Shown piece by piece: positions 25,942 through 39,551 of a stretch of 64,000 bases of DNA. A program made the translations under genes and the position numbers. This DNA is from the human T2T-CHM13v2.0 reference genome, Homo sapiens. Each line of letters begins with the position of its first letter. The first letter of the stretch is position 1. A model generated the notes under the pieces. It worked only from the letters and a program-made list of their open reading frames with translations. It was not told where the DNA came from and did not search any database. Location of the stretch: assembly GCF_009914755.1 (NCBI RefSeq), contig NC_060938.1. The stretch is one strand, 5' to 3'.

Positions 25942-26403
25942 TTTTAAAAAAATTAACAGACTTTAACTTTTAGAGTAATTTTAGGTTTATAGAAAAACTA
26001 GCACAAAGTACAGGGTTCCTATATGCCCCCTGATCCACTCCTCCCCATTTTCCCTTATTATTCACACCTTGCACTGGTGTAGTACATCTGTCATTATTGA
26101 TGAGCTAATATTGATACATTATTATTAACTAAAATCCATAGTTTACATTAGGATTCATTCTGTGGTGTATATTCTATAGGTTTTATCAAATGTGTAATGA
26201 CAGGTATCCACTGTTACAGTATCATACAGAAGAATGTCACTGCCCTAAATATCCTCTGTGCTCTGCCTATTGGTCCCTCCCTCCCGCCAAACTGCTGGCA
26301 ATCACTGGTATCTTTAGTGTCTCTATTATAGTTTTGTAAAGAATGGCACATGGTTGAAATCATACAGTATGTATGTAGCCTTTTCATACTGGCTTCTTTC
26401 CAG
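25942..26403 (-). mobile_element. L1MC1-like 3' end
   Basis: ATTGATACATTATTATTAACTAAAATCCATAGTTTACATTAGG and CAGTATCATACAG..CACTGCCCTAAA. Confidence 0.8.
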
Positions 26404-26513
26404 TCATTTGTTTTTTAAATTTCAAATCCTTATTGTTAAGTAAGAACACAACATTATGAAGAAAGAAGTGATTATTTTAAATATACCATACGATTTAAAG
26501 ACTCCTGTGCAAG

Positions 26514-27790
<1,277 letters not shown>

Positions 27791-27803
27791 GATGTGAAAT
27801 GCA

Positions 27804-28477
27804 GAATTTCTGCATCAAATGGTAGTTCTGTTTTAAGTTCTTTGAGAAATCTCCACACTGCTTTCCACAGTGGCTGAAATAGTTTACATTCACAACAACA
27901 GTGCATAAGAATTCCCTTTTCTCTGCATCCTCACAAGTATCTTGTTTTTGACCTTTTAACAATCATTCTGACTGGTGTGAGATGGTATCCTATTGTAGTG
28001 TTGATTTGCATTTCTCTGATAATTAATGGTGTTGAGCATTTTTTTATGTTTGTTGGCCACTTGTATATCTTCTTTTTAGAAGTGTCTGTTCATGTCTTTT
28101 GCCCATTTCTTAATGGGGCTATTTGTTTATTGCTCGTTGAATTGCTTAAGTTCCTTATGGATTCTGGATTTTGGACTTTTGTAACATGCAGAGTTTCTGG
28201 ATAATTTCTCCCGTTCTGTAGGTTGTCTGTTGATAGTTTATTTTTACTGTGCAGAAGCTCTTCAGTTTAATTAGGTCCCATTTGTCAATTTTTGTTTTTG
28301 TTGCAATTGCTTTTCAGAACTTATTCATAAATTTTTCCCAAGGCCCATGTCTAGAATGGTGTTTCCAAGATTTTTCTCTAGGATTCTTATAGTTTGAGAT
28401 CTTATATTTAAATCTTTAATCCATCTTGAGTTAATTTTTGTATATGGTGAATGGCAGGGGTCTAGTTTCATTCTTCT

Positions 28478-28508
<31 letters not shown>

Positions 28509-30157
28509 GAGACAAAGTCTCAGTCTGTTATCCAGGCTGGAGTGCAGTAGCACAATCTAAGCTCACTGCAAACTCCACCTCCAAGGTTCAAGTGATTCTC
28601 CTGTCTCAGTCTCCCAAGTAGCTGAGACTACAGGTGCACACTACCACACCTAGCTAATTCTTGTATTTTTAGTACAGACAGTGTTTCACTATGTTTGCCC
28701 GGCTGGTCTCAAACTCCTGACCTCAAGTGATCTGCCTGCCTCACCCTCCAAAAGTGCTGGGATTATAGGCACAAGCCACCACACCTGGGCTAGTTTCATT
28801 CTTCTGTTTATAGCTAACCAGCATTCCCAGTACTATTTATTGACTAGGAAGTCTTTTCCCCATTACTTATTTTTGTTGACTTTGTTGAAGATCAGATGGC
28901 TATAAGTGTGTGGCTTTATTTCTGGGTCCTCTATTCTGTTCTGTTGGTCCATATGCCTGTTTTTATACTGATATCATGCTGTTTTGGTTACAGTAGCCTT
29001 ATATTATAAAGTCAAGTAATGTGATGCCTCCAGTTTTGTTCTTTTTGCTTAGGATTGATTTGGTGATCCAGGACCTTTTTTGGTTCCATATAGATTTTAG
29101 AATAGGTTTTTCTAATTCTGTGAAAAATGATATTGGTAGTTATCTGACAGGAATAGTATTGAATCTGTATATTGCCTTGGGCAGTGTGGCCATTTTACTG
29201 ATATTGATTCCTCCAATCCATGAGCATGGAATGTTTTTGCATTTGTTTTTGTCATAGATTATTTATTTCAGCAATGTTTTGTAGTTCTCCTTGAAAAGAA
29301 CTGTTACTTCCTTGGTTAGATATATTCCTAGATATTTTATATTGGGGGGCTACTGTAAGTGGGATTGCATTTTTTATTTGGCTCTCAGCTTGAACATTAT
29401 TGGTGTGTAGAAACGCTACTGATTTTGTACATTGACTTTGTATCCCAAAAATTTACTAAAGTCATTTATCAGTTCCAGGAGCCTTTTGGCAGTCTTTAAT
29501 GTTTTCTAAGTGTAGAAATGTATTGTCAGTGAAAAGAGATAGTTTGACTTCTTCATTTCCTATTTGAATGCCTTTTATTTCTTTCTCTTGCCTGATTGTT
29601 CTGGCAAGTACTTCCCTACGTTAAAAAGGAGCTGTGAGAGTGGGCATCCTTGTCTTGTTCCAACTCTTAAGGAGAATGGCTCCTGCTTTTGTCCATTCAT
29701 TATGATGTTGGCTGTGGGGTTGTGATAGATGGGTCTTATTATTTTGAGGTATGTTCCTTCGATGCCTAGTTTGTTAAGGGTTTTTATCATGAAGGGATGT
29801 TGTATCTTATTGAAGTCTTTTTTCATGTGTATTGAGATCATCATATCATTTTCATTTTAATTGTTTATGTGGTGAATCACATCTATTGATTTGTATATGC
29901 TGAACCAACCTTGCATCCCAGAATGACGCCTACTTGACTGCAGTGAGTTAAGTTTTCACTGTACTGCTGGATTTGGTTTGCTAGTATTTTGTTGAGTATT
30001 TTTGTGTCTATCTTTAGCAGAGACATGGGCCTGTGGTTTTCTTTTTGTGTTGTGTCTTCACCGGCTTTTGGTATTAAGTGATGCTGGCTTTGTAAAATGA
30101 CTCAGGGAGGTGTCACTCCTCCTCAATTTTTGGAAATAGTTTCAGTAGAATGGGTAC
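27804..30157 (-). mobile_element. Primate L1 (old L1PA/L1PB) ORF2 fragment, interrupted by an Alu
   Basis: ORF 29575..29844 translates as L1 ORF2 RT sequence ([34 protein letters not shown]); frameshifted, non-functional. Confidence 0.92.
28478..28790 (-). mobile_element. AluSx/Sz-like, nested in L1
   Basis: Perfect 15 bp TSD TAGTTTCATTCTTCT at 28463-28477 and 28791-28805. Confidence 0.95.
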
Positions 30158-30663
30158 CAGTCAGAACAGATTTGGATTCCCTCATGCTATCTTGCATACA
30201 TTTCCAAGATTTTTTAACAGATAATTTAGACATTTCTAGATATTTGGAAAACAAACACAAAAGTTTTAAAAATATCTTTCCTGTGTTTAATTAGATTCTT
30301 TATATTTTAATTTAAAATAGTGCTACAAAACTTAGTTTTTGACTTTTTGTCAGATATAATTGGATTTTCATTGTTTATGTATCATAATGCATGTCATGGT
30401 ATAACATTTTGGAAATATAAGTAAAAACAAATAAGAATATTAAAAGAACCTGAAATGACAGCTATACTCTGCAGTACTTCAGATTTAATGTGTGGATAAA
30501 AATGAAAGTTATAATAGGATAAATTTTTAGAGAAGAAAACTTAATTGATTCAACAGGAATCATTAAAAGAATATGTCTTTTGGCATGACATCCACTTGAT
30601 TCTACCTTTTACATTTTTCTTCACCACTCCCATTCTACTGCTTGGTTCTAGTATCCTCTAGGG

Positions 30664-31556
30664 CAATGACCTCAAAACTAGGTGTGTGAACTCCAGGAGT
30701 TTCTATGATGAATCCCTGGGGTATGGGAAGAAAACACTATATTTAAGTTATTTTTACCTTAAAGTTAGAAAACAATTGAGCTATATTTCTATGTAATATA
30801 CAAATTTGTCTTGTAACTTTTCTTAGTCTGCACTTCAGATGTTCAAATATCATGTCAGGTTGTCAAAGGAATCTTTCAGAAAGAGTGAGAGTTCTACAAT
30901 ATGGAGGACTGATATTATACCACATCTTTATTTACATTCAATTTTTCCTAAGCATCACAGTACTTAGTGAGTAGATTTCCACATTAAATTATTTCATTTT
31001 AACAAAATCAGCTCTCACTGGGTGACTCAGGTCACCCAGTTATCTAAGGATAACTGCAAAAAACAAAACAAAACAAAACAAGACAAAAAAAAACAAGACA
31101 AAAACCATAAACTAAGGATAATCCTGAAAATGCAAGCACAAGCAAACCTAAGCAAATGGAAGCACAAATCATCCTATGTATAGAGCAAGTTTGTTGTTAG
31201 CCACATTATGAAGTATAAACAATGAAAATCTAATCATATCTGACAAAGCTTCAGAAAGTTTTGAAATCATAAAGACCCTTCAAAATAAAGATTTCTACCC
31301 ATATCTTCCCAAAGTGTGTATTATGCCTTGAAATTCTAGTTAATTATAGTAAAAAGTAGCATAACAGAAAAATATTGGTTTTTTTCAAATTCATGGCATC
31401 ATTTTCTAATTTCTTTTTTCATGGTTTTATGGTATATATAGTATATTAGTACAATACATGTTCATAATTCATAACAAGCAAACATGTTTTGGGCTATGTT
31501 GAGTCAAGAGTTTTATTCTGTTGTGGTACAATCAAAAGTTTTTCAAGATGATTATA
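30664..31556 (+). mobile_element. hAT-Charlie relic (Charlie7-like)
   Basis: 5' CAATGACCTCAAAACT..CTGGGGTATGGGAAGAAAAC and a degenerate 3' GTACAATCAAAAGTTTT end. Confidence 0.4.
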
Positions 31557-31564
31557 CTTAATTG

Positions 31565-32368
31565 TGTCTCCCGCCTTACATTGTTTCAACCAATCTCCTA
31601 CAGTGCAAAGAGGGTGTTTTCTCAAATCAAAATTTAACCATGTTAACTTGTTCTAAAACCTCTCCATGCTACTTTGCCATCTTCTAGACAACACATACAT
31701 CTTGGGCCTAATGGGCCTAATGGGCCCTTCATAATCTGACTGCTTTCATTCTTCTAGCTATTCTATCTTCCCCACCCCACCAAGCATTCTTGGCCTTGCC
31801 CTTTTCAATTCCTGGCCTCTTCTAAATCACTCCACATTCTCTCACACTACTAAGGCCTTAGACATGAATATTCTCTCTCTTTAAATGCCTAAGAACATAT
31901 CCTGTAAAACACCAGTTCAAGTATCTCCTTAGTAAAGCCTCCCTAAGTCAGAATGAGGCCTCTCTCCCCTAAGCTTCCCCTGCACTCATGTGTGCCTCTA
32001 TTGGAGCATCATCACAACACCCACATTCACCATCATTTGTGGGGCACAGTCTAAGGCCAAGCAAACATTGTGCTAGATTATAAAATCTGTTCTCTTATCA
32101 AAAACAAAACAAAGACTTAACAAACTCAAGGTTACCCAGGTAATAAATGGTAGAAAACTACTCAAACTCTGATTTCTATGACCCCAAAATTCCATGCACT
32201 CCACTGTTTCTTAGCAACATGATTCCTAGTATACTCTTTTATGTTCTCCTATGTGATACCCTGAAGGTATTCATATTTGCATCATCAGTGTTTAACACAG
32301 TATCTGGCATGTGATGGGCACTCAACAGTTATTCCATTGATAAATAATTGAATGGAGGAATGAATGAC
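31565..32368 (+). mobile_element. L2 fragments
   Basis: L2 motifs and 3' tail CAGTATCTGGCATGTGATGGGCACTCAA..GAATGAATGA. Confidence 0.6.
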
Positions 32369-32518
32369 TAGGGCAGTGAGAGAGTATAAGAAGTGAAAAG
32401 TGGAAAGACTTTTGAAGACTTGGTAATTTGCCTATCAGTTCTAATTTCTAATGAGTGGAAGTGAGTCTCAATTACATGGGCATAGGGAAAAATAAATATT
32501 TATTTTAATTCATATTTT

Positions 32519-32690
32519 TTCTTTTATTTTTAATTGATAAGAATTCTATACATTTGTGGGTATAATGTAATGTTTTGATATATGTATACATTGTGGAATG
32601 ATTACATCAAGCTAATAACATATCCTCACATACTTATTTTTTTTGTAGTGAGAACATTTAAAGTCTACTCTTAACAATTTTAAATATATA
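32519..32690 (-). mobile_element. L1MA6/7-like 3' end (non-inverted arm of a twin-primed insertion)
   Basis: T-rich tail followed by TGTATACATTGTGGAATGATTACATCAAGCTAA..GTGAGAACATTTAAAGTCTACTC. Confidence 0.8.
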
Positions 32691-33763
32691 TTTTTAATCT
32701 ATTAAAACTTTTTTATTGTGGTTTGATGCACATAGTATATTCAACAAGTATTCAGTGTACCACTGGATTAATTTTTTACATATATACACTCACACATACG
32801 GTCACTCAGGGACCCATCTTTGAGATGAAGATAATAGAAAATTTCTAATAGCTCAAAAGGCTGCCTTATACCTACTCCAAGGCAATATCCCCAAAGGTCA
32901 CAAATGCTAAACTTTATTGCCACTGAATGGTTTCACCTGTTCTTGAACTTAGTACAAATGGAAACATACAGTATGTACTATTTGGTGTCTGGCTTCTTTC
33001 ACTCAACATTATGTCTGTTAAATTCATCTACACTATTGCATATATCAATTGTTTGCTCTTTTTCACCTCCCAATCACCCCATTTCCCCAGCTCTAGGAAA
33101 CCACTAATCTACTTAGTCCCTATAGATTTGTCTATTCTTAGCATTTGATGTAAATGAAATCACCCAATATGTCGTGCTTATGATTGTCTTCTTTTACTTA
33201 GTGTGTTTGCAAGATTCATTCATGCTGTAGCATATATCAATATATTTCTTTTTACTGCTGAAAAATATTTCATTGTTTGAATATACCACATTTTATTTAT
33301 CCATTCATCAGTTAATGGGCATTTGAGTTGTTTCCACCTTTTGGCCATTAAGAATAATGTTGCAATGGAGATTGATGTAAAAGTTTCTGTTTGGAGAGTA
33401 GACATGTTTTCATTTCTCTTGGGTGTATACCTAGGAATAAAATTGCTGGATCATATGGTAAACTTTATGTTTAAGTGTTGGAGAAATTGCCAAACTGTCT
33501 TCCAAAGTACCTGCACTATTTTATATTCCCACCAGTGGAGTGTGAGAATTCCAGTTTTTCTACATCTTCACCAATGCTTGTTTTCTGTCTTTTTTATTCT
33601 AGCCATCCCAGTACGTGTGAAGTGATATCTCATTGTGTTTTTGATTTACATTTTTATGAAGGTTAATGATATTGAACATCTTTTCATGTGCTGGCTGTTC
33701 ATTTTGTATCTTCTTTGGAGAAATATCTATTTAGATTACTTGCCTACTTTAAAAAAATGGGTC
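32691..33763 (-). mobile_element. L1ME-like 3' end fused to an L1MB-like fragment
   Basis: Two successive antisense L1 3' regions: AAATGGAAACATACAGTATGTAC..CACTCAACAT, then AACCACTAATCTACT..ATAGATTTGTCTATTCT..CCATTCATCAGTTAATGGGCATTTG. Confidence 0.75.
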
Positions 33764-33777
33764 AACTATAGTCACCA

Positions 33778-34161
33778 CAGCCAAGATATGGAAGCAACCT
33801 AAGCATCCATCAATAACAGATGAATGGATTGAGAAAATGTGGTATAAATGCCCACCATAGAATACTATTCAGACTTTTAAAAAGAAGGAAATTCTGTCGT
33901 TTGCAACAACATGGATAAACCTGAAGAACAACATGCTAAGTAAAATAAGTTAGGCACAGAAAGACAAACACTGCATTGTCTCACTTATATGGGGAATCTA
34001 CAAAAGTCAAATTCACAAATGTATAGAGTAGAATGGTGGTTACCGGAGGGTGCTGGGGTGGAAGAAAGCGGGGCACGGGGGAGATGTTGGTGTCACAGTG
34101 TACAGTTTGAGTTAGACAGAGGATATAGGTTTTAGTGATCTATTGCATGACATGGTGACTA
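33778..34161 (+). mobile_element. L1MA inverted 5' arm
   Basis: Sense L1MA from CAGCCAAGATATGGAAGCAACCTAAG to GATCTATTGCATGACATGGTGACTA. Confidence 0.85.
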
Positions 34162-34704
34162 TATTTTAATATATTTTAAATTAAGGCATCATAGAAATTA
34201 AAATTGTTGATTTGGGATGAGAATGGAAATCAAATTAAGCAGTCAATAAGTCTTTCTTGGATGCCTGTTGAACAAAAGTGGACCCAAAGCATGAGAGAAG
34301 TGATCGTCTAAAATATAGGTTTAAAAGAATTTACTGTACTTTTCTTCCTATGTCCTTCTATTCTTTTTGTATGTGTGTATTCTCTAAACAAAATGTTTGG
34401 TCAGACTTTTATAACATTAATGTAGTACTTCCCACTTACCTCGTAATTCACTATTGTTTCTCCTGTTTTTGCCTGCCAGTTCCTTTCTTATTTATTCAAT
34501 TGTGGTTTGATAAAAAGGAAAACAATATCTCAGCTGTTACTGAGCTTAAAATCCGATGATTTAGTTAGTAGTAATTAAAGATAATAAAATTAAAGCCTAG
34601 TATTCTAACTGTCTTGGTCACAAAAAGAAATCTTCTTTGAGTGTTCAGAACTATGTCAATGGAACCTTTATTCTGCAACTGTACATTACTTCCTTTAACC
34701 TGAT

Positions 34705-34840
34705 GTTCACTCAGCCACTGATTCAACAAATGTTGACTAAGTACTTATTGTGTATATAAACTACTTAGACACTAGAGAGACATCAGTGACAAAGCCCAGC
34801 TTTGCCTTGATAGGCTCTATGTTTTGATGGAAGATAGACA
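34705..34840 (-). mobile_element. L2 3' tail
   Basis: ATTCAACAAATGTTGACTAAGTACTTATTGTGT. Confidence 0.55.
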
Positions 34841-35499
34841 AAGTTTTGTCAGGGAGTCAAAATTGGGAAGTGAGCACTTTTGCCATTACTCTAAGTTTAT
34901 TTTCTCCTTTTTTAAAAATTGAGTTATTTCTAACCACATTCTATTTTATGTTATTCCCATTTTCTGCTAATTACCTATTAAAAGTTTAGGTGATAACAGT
35001 TCTATCTATCCTTAATATATATTTGATTTTTAATAAAGGCGCTTATGAAATGAAAGCTACAAAAATTAGAAATGTATGCACTAATCTCTGGTCCGAGTGG
35101 ATACTTTAATGTATATAGCTTGTGATTCTGTAGCTCAGATCTAAACGAGGGCTCTGCTGATATTTGTTGCAATGTGAAAGTTGGGAAGTCCCAAAGCATA
35201 GAGGAAAATGGAGCAGAGAGGAAAATATGAAGGCTAAGGGGAAGCATTTAATTTCCCTTCTCCCCAATCCTCCCAGAATAACAATAATAAAATAAATGCT
35301 TTGGGGTACTTGGAAGTAGGGGACTCAGGGGAACAGGCCATAAACCCCCACATTTTGGGCTATGTATGTTCTTGCCAAGAGTCCAAAATAAGAATTGGCA
35401 GTGACCTAGGCCAGAGTGTAGTCAGTACATGGAGTGAGAAGCTGAGTGGAAAGGACTCCAGGTTCCCTCAAGGTAGGGAGGGTGTCGAGAAAAGGCTAA

Positions 35500-35802
35500 G
35501 GCCTGGCTCGGTGGCTCACTCCTGTATTCCCAGCAATTTGGGAGACCGAGGTGGGTGGATTGCTAGAATCCAGGAGTTCAAGACCAGTCTGGGCAACATG
35601 GTGAGAAATCCCGTCTCTACAAAACAATATTAAAATTAGCCAGGAGTGGCGGCATGCGCCTGTAGTCCCAGCTGCTCGGGAGGCGGAGGTGGGAGGATTG
35701 TTCGAGCCTGGGAAGTGGATGGAGGTTGCAGTGAGCGAAGATCACACCACTGCGCTTCAGCCTGGGCAACAGCAAACTCCTGTCTCAAAAAAAGAAAATA
35801 AA
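35500..35802 (+). mobile_element. AluJ
   Basis: J-type features (GGAGTTCAAGACCAGTCTGGGCAACATG; GAGGTGGGAGGATTG); imperfect TSD AAAAGGCT. Confidence 0.92.
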
Positions 35803-36120
35803 GGCTCAATGGCAAGAGTGGCCCTGGGAAATCACAGCTATAGACATCAGCATGTTCGTGCTGTCCCACCTTTGCTTTGAATACCAGGATCCTCCACCCA
35901 CCAGCAGCTGTGCTAGCCAGCACCGGACTAAGGTTCTTTAATGAACTCAAGACCCTCCTGTGTGCCGCCGCTCTGCCCAATGAAAATCTATCTGCTCTGC
36001 ATCTTATTATACCAGAATTTTCCTTAGCTTTCTTCCACATTCAGAGGATCTGGCAAACTGTCCAGAAAAAAATAAACTTGGATGATAACAAGTTATCCCA
36101 TTCAGGGACATTTTCATTTG

Positions 36121-36205
36121 TGACGTTACAAAAAAAATCAGTCTCTGCTGAGTCAGTTCACATTAGTGTATAAAGTAAAGCACAGATGAGGGTCTTCCTC
36201 AGTTC
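36121..36205 (+). promoter_or_regulatory. Candidate core promoter/enhancer motif cluster
   Basis: TGACGT at 36121, ARE/AP-1 TGCTGAGTCA at 36146-36155, TATAAAG at 36169, Inr-matching TCAGTTC with A at 36201. Motif matches only. Confidence 0.25.
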
Positions 36206-39199
36206 TCAAAATGCGCTGCATTGGCAAAAATTCAGGCTTCTTATATCAAGCCAACCTTCCTCTGGAATATGATCAGTAGAAAGAGAGGAAGATAAGAGAG
36301 CAGTCAGAGTACAACCTGGAAACCAGTTCAGATGATGCCTACTGAATAACAGAGTACAATACACATATTTACAGTGTACCCATCAGAAATATTGTGCACC
36401 ATCTGAAATGGTTTATCTTTCCATGAAATAAAGGGCAAACTGTACCCATTTGTCAATTTTCTGGACAAAGTTCATATGGAATCTGGTGATTATGAGTTAA
36501 CTCTGTCAATTGCATTTGTATTCATGAAGGAAATTGCAGCTAAATTGGTTGCTGCAACTCCTAATCCTAAGAGCAAATATTGTTGCTAAGATGCCCACAT
36601 TACCTCATTCCCACAGTCCAGAATAGATTTGGCGCATTTGCTTAGAAACAAGAACACTGCCTAGGGCAAAATTCTAGCTCAAAAGCAATCAGGTCCAGTA
36701 GATGAGGGGATCACTACAACCATAAAATAGAAAGGTCAAATTAAGTAGAACATTTCTAACCCTCACAGGAATCTTATGAAATATTATTATCCCCATTTTT
36801 CAGAGGAAGACACGGTGGTTCAAAAAGTCAACTTACTACTAATTGAACATACAACTTATTAGTTGAGTGTGTGAACTCACACATCTCCATGAGGTAGCAT
36901 CACAACATCTCATCCACCTAGCTCAGGGGATAAAGCAAGATAACACAGGTAAAAACACTTGGAAAATTAAACTGCCTATACCCATGATAAGCATTATTAT
37001 TATGTACAAACTTTCTTGGATGGGAATAGACATTAAAATCTTGGTCATGTGCAAAATTGTTCTTAATTTGAGAAGTTGTTCAACCCTGTTTTTAGCCCCA
37101 GGATTCTCTGCTTCTATGTATGAAGTGGGAAATGAAATATAGTCATGCAAGAGGCTATTTCTTTAATTTTCTGGATTGTCACATTCATTCAGCATGAAAT
37201 TTTGTACAGAAAGTCAATTTTGGAAAGTTCCAAACTTAATTAGATCTTGCAGTTTTGTGATCTTCATTATAATTATCAAATACTGAAGAGCTAATAAAGG
37301 ATCAACCTCTGGGCTGCAGAATAACCTAATATATTCATACCTCAATGACATCCTGAATTAGAACTGTGGGCTGATGAACTCCAGTGAACCAACCAGCCAA
37401 CCATAGTTGGCAAATTCAAATTGCAATACACAACTGAGACTTGATCAGACCAAGATGAATACATGATATGTAAAATAACCCAATAAAGTTTATCAATAAT
37501 ACATGGGCAATTCAGATGAGACATACACTGGTGTAGCAAGTCTAATTAAGAGCATTTCTATGATAAACTGAAGCTCTACCTTCTGCTATCATGCAATGAT
37601 TCATTTGAGTTTATTGTCACAAGAAGAATGAGCAGTGAGCATCTTCCTTATTACTGGTTCTTCTTCCTATACTTGCAATTTAACCAAATAATACATATCA
37701 CCCTTTTAATATTTCAAAGGATGTTTCAATACCCAGACATTTTTCTTAATGTAGATTCTGTGGAAGACAGAGTGGTGAATTCTGGATTATTTCTTTTGGT
37801 TTTTTTGTTTTTTGCTTTTTGTTTGTTTGTTTTATTTTGTCTTTTTAAAAAATTGCTGCAGATACTATTCAGAAGCCTTTCTATAACTTTTTTGGACTAG
37901 TAGTATCTTAAAAATAAATGCTACCACAACAGAGCCATGATTTTAGCAATATTAGAAACTCCATTAACTCCTTCAGGTCCTTATCACCTTGATTTAGTAT
38001 CATCTCTACAATTATCTCCTAGACTTTTGCTGAAATTTAACATTTGAAAGCCAAAGAAATAACCCAGATATTGCATAGGAGAAAAATTCTAATTTAACTA
38101 AATATATTGATGTACATTGGTAGTAACTTTGATCCTAATTTTGTGGGGAACTTTAAAGATAGAAGCTGGGGAAAAACCCACAATTATTTAAAAACGTACC
38201 TCTTTTCTTTTCGAGGTATAGACTTTACATTTGGAAAAACTGTTTTATTTAAATCCCTTGCATGAGTTTCTGAGTTATGCATGCGCTAAATGCTTTTCTA
38301 ACTTATTTATTCTAAAATAAGCAAACCGAATTGTTTGTAATACAGGTGAACAAAGGCCAAGCCAGAGCCAACTCCGTATTATTTTAAGCCTTTTAGGGGT
38401 AACTGAAAGGAAGAGGTAAAAATTCTTGAGGACAAGGGTCATCTCATGTTCTTTGTCTGTAAATGGATAAAGAAAGCACTGTGCCTGAACTGTTGTTTGA
38501 TTCTGTGAAACAAACAGGGTTTATTTTGTGTTGCTTGCATTTGTCCATCTGTCTATTTATTGGAAGCATTCAATTTTGTTTGAGAGAATCATTTGAGAGT
38601 TGCTTGCATAAGCTAAAGAAAGAAAGAAATATTGAAAGGGCTGCTTTGAGAAACTTTGAGAAACTCCGAGCAACTCCGAGCTTTGAGAAAGTCAGATGCT
38701 GAGCACAAGCAGTATTGTTTTGGTTCCAAGAAATAATGTATGCTTCAGAGTCAGGTGGAGGAACGTTCTCCCATCTACACAAAAAATCCAGCTGTGTGTA
38801 GCACCTTGATGAGTGGCAATTTTGAAAGAAAATAATAAAGCATTCTTGGCATAGACACTGGTGATCTCATGAAAGCAATATCAGAAATGGCAAAAATAGA
38901 ACTTTTGCTCTTTTGAGAGAAGATGACTTTGGCCAAGGGCAGATTTGGTAGGAGCAAAAGAACATGGCATACCTCCAAGGTGAAAGTCATAGGCTTATTA
39001 TTATATAATCATAGACTGGTTTAATTATTGATTTCAAACTGGGTTTTTGGCTAGTCTTCTATTCATTTTTACTTAAATAAAAGAAAATTCTAAAAGAAAG
39101 TTAACCTATTAGGTCAAAGTAATTGTTTATCTATTTCTTCCAAAGTGTGACTTTCCAGATGTATTTAAAATGCTTTCCAGAGAATGTGCCTTCCATTTA

Positions 39200-39551
39200 C
39201 AGTCATAAGTTGCTTAACTATAGGGATACATTCTGAGAAATGTGCTGTTAGGCTGTTTCATCATTGTGCAAATACCATAGAGTGTACTTACACAAACCTA
39301 GATGATATAGCTTACTACACATATAGGTTATGTGGTATAGCCTATTGCTATATCTAGGCTACAAACCTGCACAGAAGGTTACTGTACAGAATACTGTAGG
39401 TGATTATAACACAATGGCAAGTATTTGTGTCTCTAAACATATCTAAACATAGAAAAGGTACAGTAAAAATATGGAACTATAGTCCTATGGGACCACTGTC
39501 ATATGTATAGTCTGCTGTGAACCAAAACATTGTTATTGGGGCATATGACTG
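39200..39551 (-). mobile_element. Tigger3a DNA transposon, full length
   Basis: TIRs CAGTCAT...ATGACTG, each flanked by a TA target duplication. Confidence 0.9.

Noticed and set aside
29575-29844. Reverse-transcriptase-like ORF
   Set aside because: Frameshifted fragment of a dead L1 ORF2; not a retron, DGR or domesticated RT gene.
35301-36173. Cluster of overlapping ORFs of up to 134 aa
   Set aside because: Largely AluJ-derived peptides; the same applies to ORFs at 21175, 26530, 28681, 43919, 53885, 59541 and 62154-62588.
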